NCBI GenBank assembly: GCA_963714015.1 | Contig: OY970223.1 | Span: 2,016,001-2,080,000 of the forward strand | Source: Vulcanimicrobiota bacterium | GTDB taxonomy: Bacteria; Vulcanimicrobiota; Vulcanimicrobiia; Vulcanimicrobiales; Vulcanimicrobiaceae | Reading direction: 5' to 3' | Length of the DNA stretch: 64,000 nucleotides | Shown: in pieces, positions 18,946 through 31,720 of the stretch | Layout: the number at the start of each line of letters is the position of its first letter | Numbering within the stretch: the stretch's first letter is position 1 | The notes under the pieces: generated by a model | The model's database searches: none | The model's input: only the letters and a program-made list of their open reading frames with translations | What the model was told of the DNA's origin: nothing | Position numbers and translations under genes: made by a program

Positions 18946-19113
18946 ATGCATGCGACCTTAGCGCACCCCTACACGACGCAACTCATCGCCCTCTGGCTTT
19001 CCTTCCTGCCCATTGCCGGCATCGGGGGCTTGATGGCAGGCGCCCTCGTCCGCGGTGATCGCGGTTTCCGCCGAAAAATCAGCATCCGCGTCCCCGTTCC
19101 GGCCTCCAAGTAA
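18946..19113 (+). CDS. Small single-TM protein (55 aa), absent from the ORF track
   Basis: AAGGAG RBS; MHATLAHPYTTQLIALWLSFLPIAGIGGLMAGALVRGDRGFRRKISIRVPVPASK. Confidence 0.55.
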   Translation: MHATLAHPYTTQLIALWLSFLPIAGIGGLMAGALVRGDRGFRRKISIRVPVPASK

Positions 19114-19137
19114 CCACTTTTTGACGGCTTCCCGCGT

Positions 19138-19166
19138 TTGACCCGAATGAGGCGGGGTGATATACT
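19138..19166 (+). promoter_or_regulatory. Sigma70-type promoter of rpoB
   Basis: TTGACC-N17-TATACT with an extended TG. Confidence 0.8.
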
Positions 19167-19312
19167 ACTTGCCTATGCCCCGCGCCCGATAAAGGCATTA
19201 TATAGAAGAAGGACGAGTTATCCACAAGATGTGGAGGTCTCGTTCTTTTTAGCGTGCGCGGAAACCGGGCGGCATAGATTGCGCAAACACCTGGGTGAGA
19301 GAGAAAGAAGTA

Positions 19313-23237
<3,925 letters not shown>

Positions 23238-23260
23238 CCGCGGACAACGCAAACAATAAC

Positions 23261-23293
23261 GAAGGCCGGTGCTTACCGCACCGGCCTTTTTTT
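23261..23293 (+). terminator. Intrinsic terminator after rpoB
   Basis: AAGGCCGGTGC-TTACC-GCACCGGCCTT followed by a T run. Confidence 0.9.
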
Positions 23294-23342
23294 GCGTAAA
23301 ACCACACGGTGACTCCGGCGGATCAGCTGGCGGATCGGCCGT

Positions 23343-23441
23343 TCATCTGGTCCGGTGAGACTCGTAAATCCCGCCGACGAAAAACATCGCCATGAAGAGA
23401 ATTCCCAGGCCGCATACGGCAAACAGCGCTGACTCAGTCAT
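23343..23441 (-). CDS. Possible small membrane peptide (32 aa)
   Basis: MTESALFAVCGLGILFMAMFFVGGIYESHRTR hydrophobic helix. Confidence 0.35.
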   Translation of the reverse strand: MTESALFAVCGLGILFMAMFFVGGIYESHRTR

Positions 23442-23526
23442 GGGCACATGATACCGCAAAACGACGCGCTTGTCCCTTTCGGCACGCCCGAGGCGTTGGA
23501 TTGCCGGCGCGGAATAAGTCCGGGCT

Positions 23527-24651
23527 ATGAGTAGAATGTATTGGCGTCTTTCCATCGGCGCGTTGTTTGCCGCCGTGATTGCAGGCTGCGGCAGTGGGTC
23601 CGGCCTCTCGTCGATTCCGCCGCAGTCGCGGCTGAGTCAAGCCAAATTTTCGGCACCGGCGTCCGGTCCGATTTTCAATGTGTACACCGCCGGATCGACG
23701 CCCGGCTTTCCGTCGAGCGCGTCTGCGTGGGACATAGCGCCCGCGAACGCCACGACGATGTGGTTTACCGACGGCGGCACGCCCGCGATCGGCACGATCA
23801 CCTCGTCCGGAACGGTCAAGGAATATTCGAACGGCCTGCCCTCCGGCGCGCGGCCCTACTCGATCGTGCGAGATGCCAAAGGCAACGGCTGGTTCACGGA
23901 TCAGGGAAGCGCATCGGTGGGCCGCATTACGCCGGACGGCGAGATTACCGAGTACACGAACTCGAAACTGAACGGAACGTATCCGGCCGACGTGACCGTC
24001 GCGCCTGATGACACTGCGTGGTTCATGTCGGTCGGTCCAACGTCGTACATCGTGCATGCAAGCGTTGCGGGGAAATTGACGCTGTACGCCGTGCCCTCGA
24101 AACTCTCGCCCGACGGTTCGTTGATCGCGGATTCCGCGGGCGATCTGTGGTTTATGGCGCTTTGGCCCAACAGCGATGCAGTGCTCGTCGAACGCAAGGC
24201 TTCGGGAACGCTGGTCCGTTACTCCACCGGTCTGGAGCAAGCCTACGAACCGTGCTGTCCCAATCTAGCGCCCAAACGCATGGTGTTCGGTTCCGACGGA
24301 AACCTGTGGATGACTACGCTGGATTACACGCGGCCGAACGGCAACGGCGCGAACTTGCTCGCGACGCTCACGTCCACGGGCATGAAGTTCGTGCGGATTC
24401 CAACCTTGGGGATAAAGCACACCGCGATCACCAGCGGGTTAACGCGTCTGGGCAACGATCTGTGGATGACGGGGGACGATCCGTTCCAGTTCAACGGTGC
24501 TCTGTGGGACATGACGAGCGGCGAATCGTTCAAGGCCTATAACGTGCAGTTCAATCCGGTTGCAATTGCATCCGGAACGCAGGGCAACTTATGGATCACG
24601 AGCCATTTCGGCGGATCGCCCAGTTCGATCGTCCAAGTGGTCCTGCCCTAG
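23527..24651 (+). CDS. Vgb (virginiamycin B lyase)-like beta-propeller lipoprotein
   Basis: Lipobox IAGC; repeated WFT/G.LW/GRITPDG blades. Confidence 0.8.
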   Translation: MSRMYWRLSIGALFAAVIAGCGSGSGLSSIPPQSRLSQAKFSAPASGPIFNVYTAGSTPGFPSSASAWDIAPANATTMWFTDGGTPAIGTITSSGTVKEYSNGLPSGARPYSIVRDAKGNGWFTDQGSASVGRITPDGEITEYTNSKLNGTYPADVTVAPDDTAWFMSVGPTSYIVHASVAGKLTLYAVPSKLSPDGSLIADSAGDLWFMALWPNSDAVLVERKASGTLVRYSTGLEQAYEPCCPNLAPKRMVFGSDGNLWMTTLDYTRPNGNGANLLATLTSTGMKFVRIPTLGIKHTAITSGLTRLGNDLWMTGDDPFQFNGALWDMTSGESFKAYNVQFNPVAIASGTQGNLWITSHFGGSPSSIVQVVLP

Positions 24652-26471
24652 CGCATGGAGATGAGCAGCCAGGCACCGTAACCCGCGATTCCTATCATCG
24701 TGTACGCTACGTAATCGCAGAAGATGCCGCTGTGCAGATTTCGCAGCGCGCGCAGCGGGGGCCCGAATATCGGCGCGAGATGCTGCGGAATGTGATCGCG
24801 GTATAGACCGGCGAATGCCGCGATCACCGCCGCCAAGCTGACGATGAGATTGAAAGCGATATCGCCCGGCTCGGGGTGTATCGCGGCTACAGCCGGCAGA
24901 GCACGCGGCGAATTCTGCAGGACGGCGGCAACGTACGATTGACGATCCACGAAAGCCGCCGCTGCGCGCTGAATTTCATGCGAAAGCGGTGCGCTCAGTC
25001 CGGCCCAAATTGCGATGCTCAAGAGCACTGCGGCGGGCAACAGCATGGTGAGCGGAGTTCGCTGCAGATTATCGGCGTCGCATTCGCACTCTTCCCAGCG
25101 GGGCGAAGCGCCGGTTTCTTGCCCTTTGCCGATGCCGAACGTCACGTGAATGCCTGCCCGCAGGACCGCGCCCGCATCGAGCGCCGAGGCGAATCCCATG
25201 ACGATCGCCATGAAAAACAGCGCGTGGTCTTTCATTGCCGAGTCATAGAGCACTTTCGCGGCGGAAACGGCAAACGGCGGCAGTCCGGCGAGTGCGATGC
25301 CGCCGATCAGGAACAACACGCTATTGGCGATAGCGGCGCGCCCTCGGCCCCCCAGCATCTGCTCGTCGAGCGATCGAAATCGGTTCAAATAGTTTCCCGC
25401 GCAGATGAACAGCGCACTTTTGATCAGACCGTGCGCGAGGACGAACATAGCGGCCGCCGCAACGCCGGCCGCGCCCGTCAAACCCAGCACAGCCACGAAC
25501 ATGCCGGAGTGACTTACGGTCGAGAATGCGAGCAGCCGTTTCAGATGGCGCTGCGCGAAGGCCATGATCGCTCCGGCGATCGCCGTCACGGCGCCCACGC
25601 CCAGAAACAGCGCTTTGATGCTTTCCGAGTGCGGTGCCAGAACGCCGGCGAAGACGGTCCAGTAGATGCGCGCAACGCCGTACAGCGCGAGCTGCACCAT
25701 GATGCCCGAGAAAAGCACGCAGACGGGCGTGGGTGCGACGGCATGCGCGTCGTCAAGCCAAAAATGGAACGGCGCGACGGCGCCTTTGACGAAATACCCG
25801 GTAAGGATCAGCGCAAAGGCCACGATTACCAGGCTGTCGGCCGGCCTTTGTGAGACGATGACGCCGATTTGGGCGAGGTTCAGCGCGTCGGTTCTAGCGT
25901 AGATGAATCCGATTCCAAGCAGAACCACGAACCCGGCAATCGCATTGGTGATCGCCAGGTTGATTGCGCCCTCGATCGATGCGGCTTCTTCGATCTTATG
26001 CGAGGTCAGAGCAATGGCGGCAGCCGTCATCAGTTCGAACCATACGAACATGTTGAACAGATCGCCGGTGAGCGCGTAGCCGCACATCGCCGCCAAGAAG
26101 GCAAGGAGCAGCGAATGGAACAGCGTGCCCACCAAGTCGAACTTCGTCCAGGTGTAGACGATCGCGGCCAAGACCAGCAGCGCCACGAATGCCGTCAAGC
26201 CCGCGTTCATGGTGTCCACCGAGAAGCTTATGCCGATGGCGAGCATATGTTTCGGGGTCCAGCCGCCCATCCAATGCACGACGATACCGTGCTGCGAGGT
26301 GTAGGCCGTAAGAACGCAGGCCATGCCGAAGACGCAAAGCGTGGTGAGCGTGGCGACGACGCAGCCGAACGACCTCGGCAGCATCTTGGTAAACGGCGCG
26401 ATAAACGCAGCCGCCATGAGCGGAATCGCTACACAAAGCGGCGCCAGCGCCGAGACTTGAGCGGCCGTCAT
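24648..26471 (-). CDS. mrpD: Mrp/Mnh antiporter subunit D-like (complex I subunit 5 family)
   Basis: TGDLFNMFVWFE, PFHFWLDDAH..APTPV, LKRLLAFST. Confidence 0.88.
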   Translation of the reverse strand: MTAAQVSALAPLCVAIPLMAAAFIAPFTKMLPRSFGCVVATLTTLCVFGMACVLTAYTSQHGIVVHWMGGWTPKHMLAIGISFSVDTMNAGLTAFVALLVLAAIVYTWTKFDLVGTLFHSLLLAFLAAMCGYALTGDLFNMFVWFELMTAAAIALTSHKIEEAASIEGAINLAITNAIAGFVVLLGIGFIYARTDALNLAQIGVIVSQRPADSLVIVAFALILTGYFVKGAVAPFHFWLDDAHAVAPTPVCVLFSGIMVQLALYGVARIYWTVFAGVLAPHSESIKALFLGVGAVTAIAGAIMAFAQRHLKRLLAFSTVSHSGMFVAVLGLTGAAGVAAAAMFVLAHGLIKSALFICAGNYLNRFRSLDEQMLGGRGRAAIANSVLFLIGGIALAGLPPFAVSAAKVLYDSAMKDHALFFMAIVMGFASALDAGAVLRAGIHVTFGIGKGQETGASPRWEECECDADNLQRTPLTMLLPAAVLLSIAIWAGLSAPLSHEIQRAAAAFVDRQSYVAAVLQNSPRALPAVAAIHPEPGDIAFNLIVSLAAVIAAFAGLYRDHIPQHLAPIFGPPLRALRNLHSGIFCDYVAYTMIGIAGYGAWLLISMR

Positions 26472-26827
26472 TTGTTCATTGCGGCCAATGCTTGCGGATC
26501 GATGGAGCCGCGCCGCCGGTAAATCTGCGTCGTCAGAGCGAGAAGCAACGAGGTGACCGTCGCGCCGACGACAATGTCGGTCAATGTGAGCGCATGCAAA
26601 ATCGGATCGACCGAGGCGCTTCCAGGCGGATTAGTCGAGGAGAAAATCGGCGCCCCGGCTTTGGCCTGAAAGTCGATCGAAAGCAGAAACATGTACGTCG
26701 ACGCCTGCACGACGGCCAGGCACAGGATCGAGTGAATGAGGTTGCGGCTTTGCGTCAGGCCGAAACAGCCTACGACGAAAAGCCAGAACGCGACCGCGTA
26801 AGGCAAATACAGTATCCATTCGCTCAT
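26468..26827 (-). CDS. mrpC: Mrp antiporter subunit C
   Basis: MSEWILY start; DPILHALTLTDIVVG. Confidence 0.85.
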   Translation of the reverse strand: MSEWILYLPYAVAFWLFVVGCFGLTQSRNLIHSILCLAVVQASTYMFLLSIDFQAKAGAPIFSSTNPPGSASVDPILHALTLTDIVVGATVTSLLLALTTQIYRRRGSIDPQALAAMNK

Positions 26828-27580
26828 TCTTCGGCCTCCTGAATCTCTCGCGTCTGTTTGAAGAAGACATAGAGGAGCACGACAAAACCGCACGCCACCT
26901 CGATAAAGACCCCGCAGTTGACGAGGTAGATCATGCCGCCCGACACGGTAGCACCGGTTTGACCGAGCGGCAGAAAATTCTTCAAAAATGCGCCCGTGAT
27001 CCAGAGCGCGGTCACGCCGATTGCACCGAAGGAAAAGGCGCCCAGCGCTTCGAGAAAGTCGAAGACCTCCTTGTTCGCCGTTCGGACGAAGGCGTGGAGC
27101 CCAACGCCCAAATAGATGCACGCAAGCGCGCTGCCGAATACGGCGCCGCCTTGAAAGCCGCCGCCGGGCGTCAGCTGTCCATGCGCGCCGAGATCCATCG
27201 CCATGGCCGCGATGAACGCGGTCAGACTCGTCGGCAGCCAGCGAAGTGCGCCGGTCTGTCTGCCATCGCGTTTCGGCATCCGTGGGTTCGACGTGCTGTT
27301 CGGCCGGGCCGCGCAACTCGCTGAAGATCACCAGCACGCCGGTTATGGAGGTGAAGAAAATGAATTCCTCGCCGAGCGTGTCAAAGCCGCGATAGTCGAA
27401 ATTGATTGCACTGGGCACGTTGAGCGCATGGCGTTCCAGCGTTGCAATCTGCAAGACCATCGCGGTATACGGTCCCGAAAACGTTCCGAATGCCGGAAGT
27501 CCCACGGCGCCGTACGCCAAAATGCCGGCAACGACGACGGCGCTAACGACGTAGACGATCGTTCGAGCGCGAATGCTCAC
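26824..27580 (-). CDS. mrpB: Mrp antiporter subunit B, frameshifted at about 27280
   Basis: FDYRGFDTLGEE in one frame, HGQLTPGGGFQGG in another. Confidence 0.8.
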
Positions 27581-27813
27581 GCGCGAAAACTCGTCTTCAT
27601 CAGCGTCACCAGCACGATCGCCGGTATGGCAAGCGTGCCGACTGCCAGTTCGCTCAGCGCGACGTCCGGCGCGTGAAGGACGAAAAAGAGCATCGAAAGC
27701 GTCAATCCGAAAGCTGCATAAACGATGACTTGATTGACCGGCCGCTTGTTGAACACGACGGCCGCGCCGGTGAAGGCGACGAGCAGATAGAGAATTGCCT
27801 GAAGCAGACTCAT
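27577..27813 (-). CDS. MrpB-related small subunit (DUF4040)
   Basis: APDVALSELAVG motif. Confidence 0.8.
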   Translation of the reverse strand: MSLLQAILYLLVAFTGAAVVFNKRPVNQVIVYAAFGLTLSMLFFVLHAPDVALSELAVGTLAIPAIVLVTLMKTSFRA

Positions 27814-28097
27814 CGCGCGCGCCGGCGGTATTCGGCTAGCGCTATTGCATGCGAAGTAATCGGTGCGCCAATCAGCAACACGAAAATAAAGCAGAGAGTT
27901 TTTACCGCCGAAACTCCGAAGCCCGTATCTATCAGCACGGCAATGAGCGTAAGCGGCGGAACCGCGACGCTGCAGATACCCAAGGCGTGCAGGGCCGCAA
28001 GGTTGTTCTTGCTGCGCAGAACCCCGAGAGCCGCCAGCAGCGCGAACCCGGCCAGCAATGCAAGGACGATAGCGGTCGCGAGTTGCCGCGCGATCAC
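27810..28097 (-). CDS. mrpG: Mrp antiporter subunit G
   Basis: LHA, PITSHAIA; 3 TM helices. Confidence 0.8.
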   Translation of the reverse strand: MIARQLATAIVLALLAGFALLAALGVLRSKNNLAALHALGICSVAVPPLTLIAVLIDTGFGVSAVKTLCFIFVLLIGAPITSHAIALAEYRRRAR

Positions 28098-28363
28098 AGC
28101 CAGCGCTCCAGGAAGCGCGCGTAGGCAATGGTTCCGCCAATCGAGAGCAAGGCGAGGGTGATGCCGAGGTCGGCGAACTCCTCGGTTGCAAAGACGATGG
28201 AGAGCAGCACCAGTTGCACGGAAGCCAGCAGCGTCATCACCTGCAAAGCGATGAGGCGCCGAACGGTGTCCGCGGAAACCAGAAGATAGAGAGCAACGGC
28301 CATCGGGATAAACAGGAGTTCCGTGCCGAAGAGCAACCCGTTGAACGTGCTCACAGAGGCCAC
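28094..28363 (-). CDS. mrpF: Mrp antiporter subunit F
   Basis: RRLIALQ, DLGITLALLS, ARFLERWL. Confidence 0.8.
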   Translation of the reverse strand: MASVSTFNGLLFGTELLFIPMAVALYLLVSADTVRRLIALQVMTLLASVQLVLLSIVFATEEFADLGITLALLSIGGTIAYARFLERWL

Positions 28364-28818
28364 TGCTCGGACCGGTAGTGTTGTTCGCGGGCGATCAGCT
28401 GATGTACGACAAGCTCGCCCCGTAAATCGACTTCGGCAACAACGGTATTAGGCGCGGCGCACACACCGAAAATCACCAACGCCTCGCGGCCCATGTTCAG
28501 ATCGTTCTCGCGGTCGCCGCAGTCATACCGGACGCGCGTAAGCATTCCGGTCAGTTGATTTCCGGTGCGCAGCACCCATAAAACCCGGCCCGAGACCAAG
28601 AACAGGTCCCGCACCATGGCCGCCGGCACGTGAGCGAGATTGCGCAGCCAGCGCCAGCGGACGCGCACGCCGGGAAGCCCTTCGCGCAGCGGGATCGCCA
28701 CCAGCGGTACGCAGAGGGCGGCAATAATCGCGCCGGCCGCGACTTCCGATAGCGTCTGGGTGACGAACTCGATGACGTACGCACAGAGCACCGCAAACCA
28801 CCAAATGGCCCATCGCAT
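28351..28818 (-). CDS. mrpE: Mrp antiporter subunit E-like
   Basis: APNTVVAEVD..LVVHQL; first gene of the operon. Confidence 0.7.
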   Translation of the reverse strand: MRWAIWWFAVLCAYVIEFVTQTLSEVAAGAIIAALCVPLVAIPLREGLPGVRVRWRWLRNLAHVPAAMVRDLFLVSGRVLWVLRTGNQLTGMLTRVRYDCGDRENDLNMGREALVIFGVCAAPNTVVAEVDLRGELVVHQLIAREQHYRSEQWPL

Positions 28819-28965
28819 CGCACGATTTCTATACCTCGCGCAAACCATTCTTACACGGGCCCGGATCAGGGAATAGACGCCCGCCCGGTTGGCGTTTTTT
28901 TACAAAGATATTACGGAACGCGTCGATAGCGGCGAATCGTTCCGGCGCCTTCGGCCGACATTTTA

Positions 28966-29178
28966 ATGATGATGCTTTTGGATTCGAAGTTGGATCCGCG
29001 CTACGTGGGCAAGGCGGTGCGTCTGCTCAATGCGGGCGGTTACGATCGCGCCACGAGTGAACTGTTGGCCGGATCCTCCCTCGGTGCGGTTGCCGGCTTC
29101 TTGGCGGGAGCCTCGCCGCGCCGCCAAAAGACGGTGATCGAGCTCATTGAGTCTGCCATGGACGACAGCCAGCAGTAG
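28966..29178 (+). CDS. Small hypothetical protein
   Basis: 70-aa ORF filling the intergenic gap. Confidence 0.4.
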   Translation: MMMLLDSKLDPRYVGKAVRLLNAGGYDRATSELLAGSSLGAVAGFLAGASPRRQKTVIELIESAMDDSQQ

Positions 29179-29213
29179 AGTGCCGCCCGGCCGGGAGCGG
29201 GTAGATTGCAGTC

Positions 29214-29996
29214 ATGCAGACACCACCGCCGTCCGACCTGCGCCCCGCAATAGCGCACCAGCGGCTCCAACTTCTTGAAACGATCGAAACGGCGCTCGAA
29301 AAGCCCCTGGCCGCATTGGGTTTTGCATGGTTAGGATTGATCGTTGCGGCTTACGCGTGGGGCAGCAACGCCGCAATCAACGTCTTCACCTCGGTTATTT
29401 GGGGCATATTCATCGTTGACTTTGTCTTGCGTTTCCTTCTTGCAACGGACAGAGTAGCGTTCCTGAAGCAAAACATCTTGACGGCGGTTTCGCTGATACT
29501 GCCGGCGCTGGCGTTCTTGCGAGTTCTGCGTCTTTTTTCGGTACTGCCGTCGTGGCAGCTGGTCTTGTTCCGGTTGATTGCCGCAATGAACCGCAGTATG
29601 CACTCGCTGGCGACCACAATGAAGCGTCGCGGCGTCGCCTACGTCATCGCCCTCACCGCGATCGTTACGTTCGCGGGTGCCGCCGGTATGGACACCTTCG
29701 AGCGAGGCACGTTCGCAAACTACGGGTATTCACTCTGGTGGACCGGCATGGTGATGACGACCATGGGGCCGGACCGGTATCCGCAATCGACGCCCGGCCG
29801 TTTGCTGATGTGGGCGCTCGCAGTCTTCGGCTTTTCGGTTTTCGGTTATTTGACTGCGGCCGTAGCCAGCTACTTCGTCAACCGAGATGCCGGCGATTCC
29901 GGGAGCGAGATCGCCGGAGAAGACGACATCAATGCGGTGCTGAGCGAAATCCGAGCGTTGCGCGCCGAGTTGAAAGCCGCAGTCTCACAATCGTAG
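29214..29996 (+). CDS. Voltage-gated-like ion channel family protein
   Basis: S4-like LRVLRL, pore WW..VMTTMG, PGR; C-terminal coiled coil. Confidence 0.85.
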   Translation: MQTPPPSDLRPAIAHQRLQLLETIETALEKPLAALGFAWLGLIVAAYAWGSNAAINVFTSVIWGIFIVDFVLRFLLATDRVAFLKQNILTAVSLILPALAFLRVLRLFSVLPSWQLVLFRLIAAMNRSMHSLATTMKRRGVAYVIALTAIVTFAGAAGMDTFERGTFANYGYSLWWTGMVMTTMGPDRYPQSTPGRLLMWALAVFGFSVFGYLTAAVASYFVNRDAGDSGSEIAGEDDINAVLSEIRALRAELKAAVSQS

Positions 29997-30884
29997 CGCG
30001 GTTGACGGTTCGGCCGGCGCCGAATCGCCCTTACGCGTTTGAGCGTCGATCGTGTAACTCGGATCTTTTGCGGAGATGCAGCCTGCACGAAAGACGCTGA
30101 ATCGCTCCGCAAGTCCGCCGGCAAGCAATAAGGCACCCGCAATTTTACCCAAGCCGGCGTTGCGGCGGCTCACCACGGCCGCTGCGAGACCCGCAATATT
30201 CAAAGCGCGGGCCGCCTTGGCGAAGAGTTGCGCCTCACCGGTACGGTACGCTTGGCTTTGGCGCGGGCCCAATTCATGATGCAGCCGTTCCAGCGCCGCA
30301 ATGCCTCCGGCGGCACCGGCAATAGCCAGACGCCGCGTTGTGCCGTTCGAGCCCGACAGCATGCCGATGCCGCCCGCGGTTGCTGCGGAGGTTGCAGCGA
30401 ACAGTATCGGCATGGAGGTTCTTCCATAATGCCACGCCGGCACGACCGTATCGCCGATGAGTACCGCCGTGTAACACGACATCGCAGGACCGATCACCGC
30501 GGCTGCGGCTTCGAAGATTCGTCCGAGCGGGCGCGCAATGCCGGTGAGTTCACTGGCCGCCGCGGCAAACACCGCAGTGCTGAACGCGCTGAAGATATAG
30601 ACGCCGACGCTCATCGGTGAGGTCGGTTTGAAGACTCGGAGCATATTGAGAAAGCGCTCCGGTTTCTTCAGATCGGCGATCAGACAGAATCCGCTGACCG
30701 CGCAGCCGCCCGCAGCCGTCAGCAGCATGATGCGCGCGAGCGCGTGATTTTTTGCCAGACGTTCGCCGAACGCGACCGTTGCCGACGCGCCCGCAAGTCC
30801 GCCCGAAAAGAAGTACACCGGAATGAGATCGGTCCACTCCGGCGGTTTGATCATCGGTTTTCCGTAATATCCGGGCTGATTCAT
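29985..30884 (-). CDS. NrfD/PsrC family membrane anchor
   Basis: KPPEW..IPVYFF.GG, DL..PERFLNM...KPTSPMS.G, TVVPAW. Confidence 0.88.
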   Translation of the reverse strand: MNQPGYYGKPMIKPPEWTDLIPVYFFSGGLAGASATVAFGERLAKNHALARIMLLTAAGGCAVSGFCLIADLKKPERFLNMLRVFKPTSPMSVGVYIFSAFSTAVFAAAASELTGIARPLGRIFEAAAAVIGPAMSCYTAVLIGDTVVPAWHYGRTSMPILFAATSAATAGGIGMLSGSNGTTRRLAIAGAAGGIAALERLHHELGPRQSQAYRTGEAQLFAKAARALNIAGLAAAVVSRRNAGLGKIAGALLLAGGLAERFSVFRAGCISAKDPSYTIDAQTRKGDSAPAEPSTALRL

Positions 30885-31720
30885 AATCTGCGAAGTCCGG
30901 CAGAAACGGCTATTACTGCGGTAAGCATCAACATCGCTTGCGCCGCCGATCTCCACATTTGCGGCAGATACTTTGTCGGCACGACGGGATCGGGAGGCAA
31001 ACCGTAGACTTCGGGCTTGTCCAGCAATAAGAACAGCGAACCTCCGCCGCCGATGCCGTCTTGCGGATTCTCCAAATATAATCGGGCCGAATCGAAGCGT
31101 TCGCGCACGCGCTCCAGACGGCTTTCCGCGCGCTCCCGCAACTCCTCGACCGCGCCGAACTGGATGGATTCGGTAGGGCACGCTTTCGCGCAGGCCGGCT
31201 GCTCGCCGGCCTTGAGGCGATCGTAGCAGAGCGTGCACTTGCCCATCGTGCCTTCATGCGTTTTTTCGCTGATGACGCCGAACGGACACGCCACGACGCA
31301 ATACCCGCAGCCGTTGCAGATGTCGTCCTGAATCACGACCGTTCCGAATTCGCTGCGGATGATCGCGCCGGTAGGACAGACGTCGAGGCAGCCGGCGTGC
31401 GTACAGTGCTTGCAGACGTCGGACTCCATTAACCAGCGGTTGCCTTGCGGACGGTCGAACTGCTCGACGAAGGCCACATGCCGCCAGGTGTATCCGCCAA
31501 GCGCCGCGGTATTGTCGTACGACATGCCCGTAAAGTTGTAGCCGTCGTCCGGGAGCTGATTCCACTCTTTGCAAGCGACCTCGCACGCTTTGCAGCCGAT
31601 GCAGAGCGTTGTATCGGTGAAGAAGCCCTTTCGCTGCTCCGCCGCGCTCCCGAATGTCGCGGTTTCGCGCTCTGCGGACGTCATTGCAGTGAGCTTCGTT
31701 AAATCGATGAACGTCGTCAC
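30881..31720 (-). CDS. Formate dehydrogenase iron-sulfur (beta) subunit
   Basis: CIGCKACEVACKEWN, CKHC, CNGCGYC, KCTLC. Confidence 0.92.
   Translation of the reverse strand: MTTFIDLTKLTAMTSAERETATFGSAAEQRKGFFTDTTLCIGCKACEVACKEWNQLPDDGYNFTGMSYDNTAALGGYTWRHVAFVEQFDRPQGNRWLMESDVCKHCTHAGCLDVCPTGAIIRSEFGTVVIQDDICNGCGYCVVACPFGVISEKTHEGTMGKCTLCYDRLKAGEQPACAKACPTESIQFGAVEELRERAESRLERVRERFDSARLYLENPQDGIGGGGSLFLLLDKPEVYGLPPDPVVPTKYLPQMWRSAAQAMLMLTAVIAVSAGLRRL

Noticed and set aside
19218..19226. Replication origin
   Set aside because: Only one DnaA box, with no box cluster, DUE or dnaA gene.
26468..27580. MrpB-MrpC fusion protein of 370 aa
   Set aside because: Artefact of the frameshift in mrpB reading through into the mrpC frame.
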